From NCBI GenBank assembly GCA_963693055.1, contig OY843751.1, positions 3,520,001-3,584,000 on the forward strand: DNA of 64,000 nt, in the 5' to 3' direction. Both the position numbers and the translations under genes were made by a program. Positions 1 to 9,729 of the stretch are shown here, one piece after another (position 1 is the stretch's first letter; every line of letters begins with the position of its first letter). The notes under the pieces are model-generated. The model saw only the letters and a program-made list of their open reading frames with translations, made no database searches and was not told where the DNA came from. The stretch comes from a bacterium. GTDB lineage: Bacteria; Zhuqueibacterota; Zhuqueibacteria; Residuimicrobiales; Krinioviventaceae.

Positions 1-36
1 CAAGTGATAACGGAATATTTTTTCCTTTAATCTGCA

Positions 37-1008
37 TCAAACTCGCCCTGTTTGGATTCTGGGGTCAACCATAGCACTGATCAAATCCGCAATCAACGTA
101 CCCAGCACAACAAATAATGACATTAAAAATGTACATGCAATGATTACCGGATAATCACGCGCAAAGGCTGAATTGATCATCAAACGGCCCATACCCGGCC
201 ATGAAAAAACCAGCTCTATAATCACAGAACTGGAAAGCAATGCCGGTATATGCTGCCCGGTAATTGTGATTACAGGTACAAGTGTATTTTTGAGTGCATG
301 ACGCATAACAATATCTTTATGACCAAAGCCCTGAGCACGGGCAGCCATGATAAAAGTTTGATCCATAATTCCTGCTAGACCATTACGGATATACCTGCTG
401 GTTATTCCCAAAGAAGCCAAAACCATGGTTGAAACCGGTAACAAAGCATGACAGAGACGATCTCCTAATTGAGACCAGAATGGTAAATCCTGAGCAGCAA
501 AAGAAATCATTTGTGACGACGGCAGCAAACCGAGTTTTTGTGAAAACAGCATAATCAACAAAATACCAATCCAAAAGGATGGTACCGCATATAATACAAG
601 TGTCGTTATACTGGTAAGCCGATCGATCCAGCTGTTCATATTTAAAATTTGCGTAACACCCAAAGCAATACCAAAGAGCAATTGAAAAAACAGGGCCGGC
701 AAAGTCAGAGCCAGTGTATTGGGTACAGTTTCTTTTAATATTGATACAACAGTACGATGATTAGCGTACGAAACACCCAAATCTCCATGAAAAATGCTTG
801 AAATCCATGCACCAAATTGAACCAGTAACGGCTTGTCTAATCCCCAGGCATTTTCCAGCCTGCTCATTGCATCAACAGATCGGGTAGGATCAAAAGCAAT
901 AGCAGCAGGATTACCAGGACTGAGACGAACCAGAAAAAAAGTTACAATCACCAATCCTACGACAAGCAAAAGCCCGGATATAATTCGCTTTAGTGCATAC
1001 TTAATCAT
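37..1008 (-). CDS. oppB: Oligopeptide/dipeptide ABC transporter permease (OppB/DppB family)
   Basis: N-terminal TM then PGNPA, GLDKPL..Q, GDLGVSY; EAA-loop-like ARAQGF....RHALKN; C-terminal VFSWPGMG/RDYPVI/DPRI. Confidence 0.92.
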   Translation of the reverse strand: MIKYALKRIISGLLLVVGLVIVTFFLVRLSPGNPAAIAFDPTRSVDAMSRLENAWGLDKPLLVQFGAWISSIFHGDLGVSYANHRTVVSILKETVPNTLALTLPALFFQLLFGIALGVTQILNMNSWIDRLTSITTLVLYAVPSFWIGILLIMLFSQKLGLLPSSQMISFAAQDLPFWSQLGDRLCHALLPVSTMVLASLGITSRYIRNGLAGIMDQTFIMAARAQGFGHKDIVMRHALKNTLVPVITITGQHIPALLSSSVIIELVFSWPGMGRLMINSAFARDYPVIIACTFLMSLFVVLGTLIADLISAMVDPRIQTGRV

Positions 1009-1781
1009 AAGTTCCTGTTTAATAATGTATTTTTAACCAACTCTTTTGTAAAAGGCTTGGTCGGATTTCTAAATACCTGGTTAACCGTTCCGGTCTCTAT
1101 CATTTCACCATGATGCATAATACCAATCTTGTCTGCCAGCGCAGGCAACAAGTATAAATTATGGGTCATAAACAAAACACTAAGATTATGCTGGGTTTGC
1201 ATTTGCCTGATGAGGTTAATGATCTCCCATTCGGTTGAAACATCCAGACCGGAGGTAGGCTCATCACAAATTAAAAACTCGGGCTTGCGCATCAATGCAC
1301 GTATAATGCAAACACGCTGCGCTTCCCCCCCGCTCAATTGCCGGGGATAACGATCAAGTATTGAGTCTTTTAGTTTTACTTTTTTTAACCAGTTTAAAAT
1401 ATGTTTCTCATAATCAATAAAATCTATTTCCGGCATTAAAGACAAAGGTTCTCTCAAGAGTTCACGGACTGTCATTTTGGGACTAAGTGAAGCCTTGGGA
1501 TCTTGAAAGATAGCCTGACACTGACCACGATACCAGCCCCTTCTATTTCGGATCACTTCATCCAGCGCTTGATTCTGGTAATAAACTTGGCCAGAATCCG
1601 GAGCAAGCAAGCCCAACAATAACTTGCCGATTGTTGATTTTCCGGAACCCGAAGAACCTATCAAACCAAAAATCTCACCGGATTGAATATCAAAACTGAC
1701 ATTTCGGAGCGCGTTAAAAGATCGCTCTGAACCTACATGATTATTATTAAATTTTTTATTTATTTTTTCCAGTCGTACCAT
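1005..1781 (-). CDS. Oligopeptide ABC transporter ATP-binding subunit (OppF/DppF-like)
   Basis: Walker A GSSGSGKST, FQDP Q-loop, LSGGEAQR signature, ICDEPTS Walker B, P..PFTKELV tail; 4-bp overlap with the permease. Confidence 0.92.
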   Translation of the reverse strand: MVRLEKINKKFNNNHVGSERSFNALRNVSFDIQSGEIFGLIGSSGSGKSTIGKLLLGLLAPDSGQVYYQNQALDEVIRNRRGWYRGQCQAIFQDPKASLSPKMTVRELLREPLSLMPEIDFIDYEKHILNWLKKVKLKDSILDRYPRQLSGGEAQRVCIIRALMRKPEFLICDEPTSGLDVSTEWEIINLIRQMQTQHNLSVLFMTHNLYLLPALADKIGIMHHGEMIETGTVNQVFRNPTKPFTKELVKNTLLNRNL

Positions 1782-1790
1782 ATCTGATTC

Positions 1791-2582
1791 TTAATTATAA
1801 TATCCGCTTTCAAATTGCTGCATAGACATTTTGAAGCGAGAGACTAACAGTTGAGTATATTTATGGCCGGGATTGCGTATGATTTCCGCGGTCTTGCCGG
1901 ATTCTACAATTGAACCCTTTTGCATTACATAAATATAATCAGAAAAATGTGATGCAATTGCAATATCATGTGTTATTAGCAGCAAGGACTTTTTTTGTTT
2001 TACCAGCCCTGTCAATAAAGACATGATATCATATTTCAATACGGCATCAATTCCAGATGTGGGTTCATCCGCAATGATTAGTTCAGGATTTGCTGCAAGC
2101 GCAATAGCTATCATTACACGCTGACGCATACCTCCACTCAACTGATGGGGATATAATTTACAAACACGTTTACCTCCAAGCCCAACTTGCTCTAACCAAG
2201 AATGGGCAGCGGCTTGGGGATTTTTGACATGATAATATTTTAAAACCTTGACAATTTGCTGACCAATAGTATAAACAGGATTTAACGCCAACAATGGCTC
2301 CTGAAAGATATATCCAAATTGACTACCACGGTATCCTGCATAATCAGGTTCATCTACCGGTAGAACTCTGTCATCATAACAGATTTTTCCGGATTGGAAC
2401 GCACCTTCCTTAAACTGCAACAAGCCCATTATAGCATAACCCAATGTAGATTTCCCACTACCGGATTCACCAACAAGGGCGGTTACACATGCCTTACCAA
2501 TTTCCAAATTTACATGATCAACAACATACTGATCAGAATCTGCATACCATACCGAGAAATCATTTACCTCGAGTAAATTCAA
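1791..2582 (-). CDS. Oligopeptide ABC transporter ATP-binding subunit (OppD/DppD-like)
   Basis: GESGSGKST, FQEP..ALNP, YPHQLSGGMRQRVMIA, IADEPT; TTG start after AGGAG. Confidence 0.92.
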   Translation of the reverse strand: MNLLEVNDFSVWYADSDQYVVDHVNLEIGKACVTALVGESGSGKSTLGYAIMGLLQFKEGAFQSGKICYDDRVLPVDEPDYAGYRGSQFGYIFQEPLLALNPVYTIGQQIVKVLKYYHVKNPQAAAHSWLEQVGLGGKRVCKLYPHQLSGGMRQRVMIAIALAANPELIIADEPTSGIDAVLKYDIMSLLTGLVKQKKSLLLITHDIAIASHFSDYIYVMQKGSIVESGKTAEIIRNPGHKYTQLLVSRFKMSMQQFESGYYN

Positions 2583-2896
2583 TTTGGAAACTCCTAAACT
2601 GTCGAAAAATACGGCACACTCTTCAGACGAAGAACCGAAAAAAGGACATAATTCGCAAAAACATCAATACAAATAGGCAAAAACTACTCACCACACCTAA
2701 ATCTATACAAACATGCTGTATTATGCAAGTACTTTTTTGTATTTTTATGCACCTTTTTCCCGCCTACAAAATCAAATACGCAACTCATTACTATATTTTC
2801 GAAAAAATTATAGCAACTATATATATTGATATATATAGCATTATAATCTAAACAAAAATTATACCGAAAAAAAAGGGAGAATAGAAATTTTGAAGA

Positions 2897-4222
2897 TTAT
2901 TCGTGATTTAATAATTGCTCATTTTCAGCAACAGCGTATGTACAAACAATATCCCCGGTAACATTATTGGCGGTTTCAAACATATCAAGGATTGGATTTA
3001 TCCCCAGAGCTATAGCAACAATAACTGCTGTCTGATCAGCTCCTAATCCCATGGTTTGTAAAATAATAAACAACAACATCAGACTTCCGCCGGGAACACC
3101 ACCTGCCCCAATTGATGCGAGAACAGTCGTCACAACCAACACGAACAAATCTGACAATGTATGAGGTATTCCAAACATATTTGCAGCCAACATGGCAAAC
3201 ATGGGCAGATGTACACAAACACCATCCATGTTTATTGTTGCACCCAGGGGCAGCGAAAAGCTCGCCAGTTCGTTTTTAATTTTCAAATCTTCTTCGGCAA
3301 CCCGAATAGAAACTGGCAAAGTAGCTGCACTACTTCTTGTAATAAATGCAGTGATAATTGCTTCCTGAATACGGCGGAAAACCGGATAAGGATTTTTACG
3401 GGTGACAATTAAAATCAACAGAGCATATACCACAAACATCATGCACAAAATACCAACAACAATACCCACAGTAACCTTGACATACGGGCCAACTATATTG
3501 GGACCATACAGACTGAAATTTACAACCGATAATGCAAAAACACCAATAGGCGAGTACTCTAGAATCCAGTCCACCAATTTAAACATCACATCCCGTACTG
3601 ATGTAAACATGTCGACAAGCGCATTCAATCGACGTTCAAGCTCTTCACTTGGATCAGCCTCCAATGAAACCCTGATACCCAATCCAAACATTATAGAGAA
3701 AACAATAATGGATAAAAAATTACCCTCACTCAATGCCTGAAATGGATTTTGAAACATGCTCAGCAAAATACCGGTAAATCCTTGCGATGTATTGGATCTT
3801 TGTTCAAGTTCTCCAGCCTGACTTGCCAGACTGGAGGCCATTTTTTCCCAACCGCCCAGGTCTGCTCCCCCACCGGGATTAATGACAATAGCCAGCACAA
3901 CCCCAACCAATGCAGCCAAAAGAGAACATAGCAAATACCAGGAAATAACTTTAACACCAATCCTTCCAAAACGTTTGATTGGTAGACTGGCAGCACCCAC
4001 AACAAGAGAAAAGAATATGACAGGTATAACAATCATTTTCAGCATATTTACCAATATCGTTCCAAAGGGTGCAATATAAGTAATAACGCTATCCGTTATA
4101 TTTGAACCACTTGCATTCGTAAAAAACCAAAGTGCAGCTCCAACCAGCGCGCCAAATACAAACCCAACAAATATTCTTAAAACCAACGATGTGTTCAAAT
4201 ATGCACGAATCAGAGTCTTCAT
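2897..4222 (-). CDS. Dicarboxylate/amino acid:cation symporter (DAACS/GltP family)
   Basis: LKMIVIPVIF, TRSSAATLP (HP1), PLGATINMDG (NMDG motif), SIGAGGVPG, DMFETANNVTGD; ATG at 4222 preferred over TTG at 4234. Confidence 0.93.
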   Translation of the reverse strand: MKTLIRAYLNTSLVLRIFVGFVFGALVGAALWFFTNASGSNITDSVITYIAPFGTILVNMLKMIVIPVIFFSLVVGAASLPIKRFGRIGVKVISWYLLCSLLAALVGVVLAIVINPGGGADLGGWEKMASSLASQAGELEQRSNTSQGFTGILLSMFQNPFQALSEGNFLSIIVFSIMFGLGIRVSLEADPSEELERRLNALVDMFTSVRDVMFKLVDWILEYSPIGVFALSVVNFSLYGPNIVGPYVKVTVGIVVGILCMMFVVYALLILIVTRKNPYPVFRRIQEAIITAFITRSSAATLPVSIRVAEEDLKIKNELASFSLPLGATINMDGVCVHLPMFAMLAANMFGIPHTLSDLFVLVVTTVLASIGAGGVPGGSLMLLFIILQTMGLGADQTAVIVAIALGINPILDMFETANNVTGDIVCTYAVAENEQLLNHE

Positions 4223-4236
4223 TTCGCTTCCCAAGG

Positions 4237-4878
4237 CTAGAGTGTTATACCTGCAAATAGTTTAGTAAAAAAGCCAACAAAAGGCCAGATTATTCTACCG
4301 AGAATAGATACGTTTGTACTGTGCCCCAGTATAATCAAACCCAAAAGAACCAAAGGGCCGTATCTTTCAAGAGGAATCACCCAATGTTCATATTGACGGG
4401 GCAAGACCCCAAACAAGATTTTTGATCCATCCAGTGGGGCAATGGGTAATATATTAAAGATGGCTAATGCCAGATTGATTTGCAAAGAAAAAAACAACAT
4501 CATGTACACGATGCGTATCCAGGGCACTTGTGCGGCGTCTACACCCAAAGATACCAATACGCGCATTAATAGTCCGCTCAACAATGCAAGCATCATATTA
4601 GAGACAGGGCCCGCCAGGCTGATCCACAGCATATCTCGCTTGGGATTTTGAAGATTCATACCATTAACCGGTACGGGTTTGGCCCAGCCAAAATGTACCA
4701 AAAAAATCATAACCGTTCCCACCAGATCCAAGTGCCTGAGGGGATTCAAAGACAATCGTCCCATTTGCTTGGCTGTATCATCTCCCAATCGGAACGCAGC
4801 AAAAGCATGTGAAAACTCGTGCAAGGTTAATGCAAGTAAAATAGGTGGCGCTATTAATATCAGTGTATTTAGATCCAT
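4237..4878 (-). CDS. Site-2 protease family (peptidase M50) membrane metalloprotease
   Basis: HEFSH zinc motif, GRLSLNPLRHLD, FGWAKPVP, AGPVSN, FNILPIAPLDG. Confidence 0.93.
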   Translation of the reverse strand: MDLNTLILIAPPILLALTLHEFSHAFAAFRLGDDTAKQMGRLSLNPLRHLDLVGTVMIFLVHFGWAKPVPVNGMNLQNPKRDMLWISLAGPVSNMMLALLSGLLMRVLVSLGVDAAQVPWIRIVYMMLFFSLQINLALAIFNILPIAPLDGSKILFGVLPRQYEHWVIPLERYGPLVLLGLIILGHSTNVSILGRIIWPFVGFFTKLFAGITL

Positions 4879-5033
4879 CAATAATCCTGTTTATTATCAA
4901 AAAAATTTTTATACATTTGCTAATATACAATATATTTTTGTAACATGTAAAATATTTTAGCGTATACAATTTGTTAATGGTATTTCGGCGCATGATATAC
5001 ACGAACGACCACGCTAACCTGGAGGGTTTTCCC

Positions 5034-7268
5034 TTGAATGCAAAACGCTACCTTTCAATTACCTTTCTATCTATTACTCTCATTTCACTTGAGATCATCT
5101 GGACGCGAATTTTTTCCGCAGAATTCTTTTACACTTTTGCGTTCCTGATTATTTCACTCACTATCCTGGGTATGGGACTGGGATCTCTGACCCTGAGATT
5201 GTTTCAAAAACTGAGTAATGCTGATCGGCTTTGGTTGTACCTTTCATTAACAGGACTTTTTGCCATGACCGGTCCCCCCGCTGCTGTAAAACTGGGGATG
5301 GAATACTCGCAGTTGTTCAGCAATCCACTCATGATTTTAAAATTTGTAGCAACCGTCATCATCCTGGGTCTTCCCTTTTTCTTTGGGGGAATGGTTTTGG
5401 GAGTATTTTTCAAATCCGGCCATAAAGAAATGCCCAAGCTCTATATGGCAGACCTTATCGGGGCCGGGGCCGGTGTTGTCATTTCCGTATTACTCATGAA
5501 TACCGCAGGAACCTTGAATGCTGTCTTTTTAGCAGCTTTACCCGCTCTGCTGGCAGCACTGCTCATGGGTAAAAGATTAAATCGTTTGGTTCCTATAGTG
5601 CTGATCACGTTACCCTTTATTGCGCTGCCCTTTTCATCTCAATTATTAGAGAAACAACGCGAAGAACGGGCCCCCGTAATTTATACTCACTGGGATGCCA
5701 TGGCCAAAATCAAGCTCTATGAATACAGCGAACTGTATCGCGGAATCAACATTGACAATGCGGCCAACAGTCCGGTTTACAAATTTGATGGGGATTGGAA
5801 CAAGCCCGACTCGCTCAAATTTGAATTTGGGATCAGCGTAGAAAACCTGATCAAACGTTTTGACAACTGTACCTTTATGTCACTCGGCGCTGGTGGCGGT
5901 GTAGATGTTGTTCAGGCCCTACAGTATGGAGCAGCAAAAGTACATGCAGTTGAGGTGAATCCGCATATCAATAAATTGTTAAAAACAGGAATGCTGGCTG
6001 ATTATTCGGGACAAATTTACAATGATCCCCGTGTCATAGTTGCGACCGAAGATGCCCGTACCTATGTTCGCCGGCACAAGAATACCTTTGATGTTATTTT
6101 TTCACTCAGTTCCAACACCTTTGCCGCACTGGCATCCGGGTCATTTGCGCTGGCTGAAAACTATCTCTTTACCGTAGAAGCCTTTGAGGATTATTACAAC
6201 GCTCTGTCTGACAGCGGATTTATGATGATGGAACACCAGTTTTACATGCCCCGCATGACAAGTGAAGTGATGCTGGCGTTACAAAACCTGGGTATTAAAA
6301 ATCCTCAAGACTATTTCTGTATTTATGACCTGCCGCAAATGCGACGTAACGTATTACTGTTGAGCAAAAAACCGCTTTCAGAGAATATACGTCAAAACGC
6401 TTTGGGTCCATTGACGGCAGAAAATTATCCATACATCCACCTGTTATATCCTGCACCGGATTCAACAGCAGATAATCTGGTAAACCGGGTTGTACAGGAA
6501 GGATGGAAGTCCGTACAACCGGATGCAAACATAAATCTTTCACCTTGTACAGATAACCGACCCTTTACCGCACAACTGGGTATGTGGAAAAATCTGGACC
6601 ATGAGAATCTGGATACCGTACAGCCCTGGGAGTTTAAAGGCTTTCCTTTGTCTAAAATGCTGATTGTGATCATTCTTGCAGTGATTACTATTCTTGTCAT
6701 CCCCCTGAATCTGTTGCCCTTTATAAAACGCGGCAGCAAAATGGGATTTTCAGGTTGGCTCTACTTTTTTGCCATCGGTGTTGCTTTTATGGTGGTAGAG
6801 ATTGTACTGATACAGCGTTATACTCTGCTCATTGGTCCATCATCCTATACCTTTGTGACCATTCTGTTCACCATCTTGATTGGCTCTGGTATTGGCAGCC
6901 GATACTCGATTAAATTCAACTCTAAAACTCCGTTTATCGCCATTCTGTTGTTAATCGCATTTGAGATTTTAATAGCACCATTCATTACCGGCAATCTTGC
7001 AGGCTTGAGCATGAATGCCAGAATGTTGTTCACAGCAATTCTGATACTTCCCCTCTCCTTTTTTATGGGCATGCCTTTTCCCAAAGGCGGTATCAAAGCC
7101 GGTGAGTCTATTGATTGGGGATTCGCGGTTAATGGCGCGGCATCGGTATTGGGATCAACCGCTATTATGCTGATTTCCTTTAGTTACGGGTTTATTGCGT
7201 CCATGTGCATTGGAGCAGCATTCTATTTACTTGCAATGGGAATGTTGAATCTGAAAAAAGGATGGTAA
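5034..7268 (+). CDS. Membrane protein with central spermidine-synthase-like class I SAM-dependent domain
   Basis: About 7 N-terminal and about 7 C-terminal TM helices flank SLGAGGGVDV, AVEVNP, EDARTY, ENYLFTVEAF, TDNRPF; probable TTG start at 5034 after GGAGGG (ORF track starts 4971). Confidence 0.8.
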   Translation: MNAKRYLSITFLSITLISLEIIWTRIFSAEFFYTFAFLIISLTILGMGLGSLTLRLFQKLSNADRLWLYLSLTGLFAMTGPPAAVKLGMEYSQLFSNPLMILKFVATVIILGLPFFFGGMVLGVFFKSGHKEMPKLYMADLIGAGAGVVISVLLMNTAGTLNAVFLAALPALLAALLMGKRLNRLVPIVLITLPFIALPFSSQLLEKQREERAPVIYTHWDAMAKIKLYEYSELYRGINIDNAANSPVYKFDGDWNKPDSLKFEFGISVENLIKRFDNCTFMSLGAGGGVDVVQALQYGAAKVHAVEVNPHINKLLKTGMLADYSGQIYNDPRVIVATEDARTYVRRHKNTFDVIFSLSSNTFAALASGSFALAENYLFTVEAFEDYYNALSDSGFMMMEHQFYMPRMTSEVMLALQNLGIKNPQDYFCIYDLPQMRRNVLLLSKKPLSENIRQNALGPLTAENYPYIHLLYPAPDSTADNLVNRVVQEGWKSVQPDANINLSPCTDNRPFTAQLGMWKNLDHENLDTVQPWEFKGFPLSKMLIVIILAVITILVIPLNLLPFIKRGSKMGFSGWLYFFAIGVAFMVVEIVLIQRYTLLIGPSSYTFVTILFTILIGSGIGSRYSIKFNSKTPFIAILLLIAFEILIAPFITGNLAGLSMNARMLFTAILILPLSFFMGMPFPKGGIKAGESIDWGFAVNGAASVLGSTAIMLISFSYGFIASMCIGAAFYLLAMGMLNLKKGW

Positions 7269-7293
7269 AACGTCAGATGTGAAACGTGATTAT

Positions 7294-7327
7294 ATAAACG
7301 CAGGGCAACGATTTGTTCTGCGTTTAT
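7294..7327 (+). terminator. Hairpin after the spermidine-synthase-like gene
   Basis: ATAAACGCAG(7294-7303)...CTGCGTTTAT(7318-7327) perfect 10-bp stem, extended by G-U pairs. Confidence 0.55.
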
Positions 7328-7333
7328 CATTTC

Positions 7334-7355
7334 GATGCAGATACCTGCATCACGG
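7334..7355. repeat. Palindromic REP-like element, copy 1
   Basis: GATGCAGATACCTGCATCACGG; 20/22 identical to 7746-7767. Confidence 0.7.
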
Positions 7356-7541
7356 AATTTCAATTCGGGACATTCGTTCCGTAAAGCCTGGCCTGTGCAA
7401 ATTTTCCAGTCAAGAAAAGAGAATACAGGAAAAGTGCCCTGAAAATATCCCACCCGTTATAAAGATTCCAGGCGGTCATGTTTCTGTAACTCAAAATTGA
7501 ATAACACTTGAAAATGATCATTAATTTTCGTATACATTAAT

Positions 7542-7730
7542 ATGAAAATGGATCGCAAAAAAATCGTTATCAAGAATTCAAAAGAAACCCATGAAGAACG
7601 GCTCAATCTTTTACCAGAAGAGTGCGTTTTGTTGGTGTGGGAGTTGACAAAAGAAGTGTACGGACTGACAGGGAAACATGATGTTGAACAAAGATTACAA
7701 AGAAATGTTGTCAATATTATTAAAAAATAA
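7542..7730 (+). CDS. Small hypothetical protein (62 aa), resembling the small partners encoded upstream of nucleotidyltransferase genes in putative toxin-antitoxin pairs
   Basis: L.PEE...VWELTKEVY....EQRLQRNVVNII pattern recognised from memory; TTGAAA at 7508 and an AT-rich -10-like region directly before the ATG suggest a leaderless transcript. Confidence 0.55.
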   Translation: MKMDRKKIVIKNSKETHEERLNLLPEECVLLVWELTKEVYGLTGKHDVEQRLQRNVVNIIKK

Positions 7731-7742
7731 GCTAAAACTGAT

Positions 7743-7767
7743 CGTGATGCAGATGTCTGCATCACGG
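7743..7767. repeat. Palindromic REP-like element, copy 2
   Basis: CGTGATGCAGA-TG-TCTGCATCACG perfect 11-bp inverted repeat; direct repeat of 7334-7355. Confidence 0.75.
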
Positions 7768-7974
7768 CATATTAACTCGGTACATTTATCCTGAAAAATA
7801 TTTACATTTTTAAATTAAATTATGCTGATAGGATAAGACTTTAAGGACAAATAATCTGAACAAAATTCTACACAACATTAAATTGCATGGCTTTATTGAT
7901 AATTTATTATAATTTAGGGAAAGTATTATTCAAAACAATTTAAAACTCAAAATATTTAATAAAGGGGAATTTAT

Positions 7975-9729
7975 ATGGGGATTTTAATCAAAGTAGCGCG
8001 AGTCCAAGGATTTCGAGGTTTAAAAAATATTGAAGTAGAACTTAATAAAACTACTATATTAACAGGAATGAATAATAGTGGAAAAACAACTTTTCTGAAA
8101 GCCTTGCAATTAGCATTAGGGAATCGTCAATTTATATCACAGGACGATTTTTTTATACATGAAAATACAATATCTGAAAAAATAATAATCGATTTATTAA
8201 TTATTCCTTTAGATAATGATAACAAACAATGTGAAAATTTTTCGGAAAATTGGGAAATTCTGTTTACTACAGAAAGAATAAGGTTTAATACGGCAGGCCA
8301 GGCATTTGTTCCACTTAGAACCATTATTACATTCGATGCAATAAAAAATAATTACAGGACCGAACAATTCATTCAACAAGAATGGCCAGAATTTATCAAG
8401 GGGGACACAAATTGGTTTGATATTGATAATGGTAAAAAAACTAACTTTCATTTTGACGAAATCCCCTTCCACTACATGGATGCACAACGTGATATTTTGG
8501 AGGATACAAAATTAAGGAATTCATATCTTGGTAGAATGTTATCCAAAATTGAATACTCACCTGATGATATCAAGGATATCGAAGCACAAATCAAAACATT
8601 GAATGAAAGAGCAGTTAACAGTAGTGAGATTTTAACTAACATCAAAAAAACATTAATAGAGTTAGATACTGCAATGGATAGTAAGAGTGATGGTATCGAA
8701 ATCACACCTTTTACAAAAAAAATTCGTGATTTAAATAAAGGGTTAACTATTTATTATTCCGATAATGAAGATAGTTTTTCAATGGAATATCATGGTATGG
8801 GAACAAGAAGCTGGTCTTCGCTATTAACGCTTAAGTCATTTATTTCTTTGCTAACACAATATGCTAAAAAAGAAGACACTGTATTCTTCCCTATTCTTGC
8901 TATAGAAGAACCTGAAGCTCATTTACACCCCAATGCACAGAAGAAACTCTTCAAACAGATAGATACTATGACTGGTCAAAAAATAATTTCAACACATTCA
9001 CCCTATATAGCTGCAGTTGCGGAAATAGCACAGATTCGAAACTTTTACAAAGATATTAATGTTTCTTGTGGAAAAATAGAAATCGAAAATTTAACAGATG
9101 AAGATATCAGAAAAATTAAAAGACAGGTAATCAATACAAAAGGTGAGATTTTTTTCTCTAAAGTTATTGTTTTTTTTGAAGGAGAGACAGAAGAACAAGC
9201 TTTACCCATTTTAGCACTAAAATATTTTAATAAAACACATGTTGAAATGGGTTTAGACTTTGTAGGTGTATGTGGTTTTGGAAATTACCTCCCTTTCTTA
9301 AGATTTGCTGAAAATTTAAGAATTCCATGGTTAATTTTCAGTGATGCTGAAAGCGACATTAAAACTAAAGTCCAAAAACAATTTGCTGATTGTAGAACAT
9401 CAAAAAATGCAAGTGATTGTATTATTTTTGTTGAAGATGGGAATGATTTTGAAAGGCAACTTATTGCGGATGGTTATAGTGACGAAATCAGACAGGCAAT
9501 CGCTTATTTTGATAATTATTGCAATGATCATCACAAAGCAGCAAGAGAAAAGGAAATAAAAGGGTACAATGATAGTAAATTATACGAAATTATCACAAGT
9601 AAAAAAACTCAATTCGCTCCTGTTATAGCAGAACAAATTATTGAAAGTGATAAAGAGTTATCCCCAAAATTAATAGAACTTTTTGATAAAATTTCTGTTA
9701 TATTAAAATTAAAAGAGGAAGAAGCGTGA
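7975..9729 (+). CDS. gajA: OLD-family ATP-dependent nuclease (ABC ATPase + TOPRIM), GajA-like
   Basis: Walker A GMNNSGKT, signature HGMGTRS, Walker B AIEEPEAHLHP, H-loop ISTHSP, TOPRIM FFEGETE and FSDAE; coupled to a UvrD gene. Confidence 0.85.
   Translation: MGILIKVARVQGFRGLKNIEVELNKTTILTGMNNSGKTTFLKALQLALGNRQFISQDDFFIHENTISEKIIIDLLIIPLDNDNKQCENFSENWEILFTTERIRFNTAGQAFVPLRTIITFDAIKNNYRTEQFIQQEWPEFIKGDTNWFDIDNGKKTNFHFDEIPFHYMDAQRDILEDTKLRNSYLGRMLSKIEYSPDDIKDIEAQIKTLNERAVNSSEILTNIKKTLIELDTAMDSKSDGIEITPFTKKIRDLNKGLTIYYSDNEDSFSMEYHGMGTRSWSSLLTLKSFISLLTQYAKKEDTVFFPILAIEEPEAHLHPNAQKKLFKQIDTMTGQKIISTHSPYIAAVAEIAQIRNFYKDINVSCGKIEIENLTDEDIRKIKRQVINTKGEIFFSKVIVFFEGETEEQALPILALKYFNKTHVEMGLDFVGVCGFGNYLPFLRFAENLRIPWLIFSDAESDIKTKVQKQFADCRTSKNASDCIIFVEDGNDFERQLIADGYSDEIRQAIAYFDNYCNDHHKAAREKEIKGYNDSKLYEIITSKKTQFAPVIAEQIIESDKELSPKLIELFDKISVILKLKEEEA

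Noticed and set aside
2583-2896. Intergenic region upstream of the opp ATPases as an ncRNA or the 120-aa plus-strand ORF
   Set aside because: Only a plausible TTGCAT-17-TAGATT promoter on the minus strand; no stable structure, and the ORF is low-complexity and overlaps oppD antisense
7223-7500. ORFs 7279-7500 (+) and 7223-7453 (-) as genes or a transposase remnant
   Set aside because: No recognisable motifs; both run through hairpin and repeat sequence
7334-7767. The two palindromic repeats as a CRISPR array
   Set aside because: Only two 22-bp copies about 390 bp apart and no cas genes
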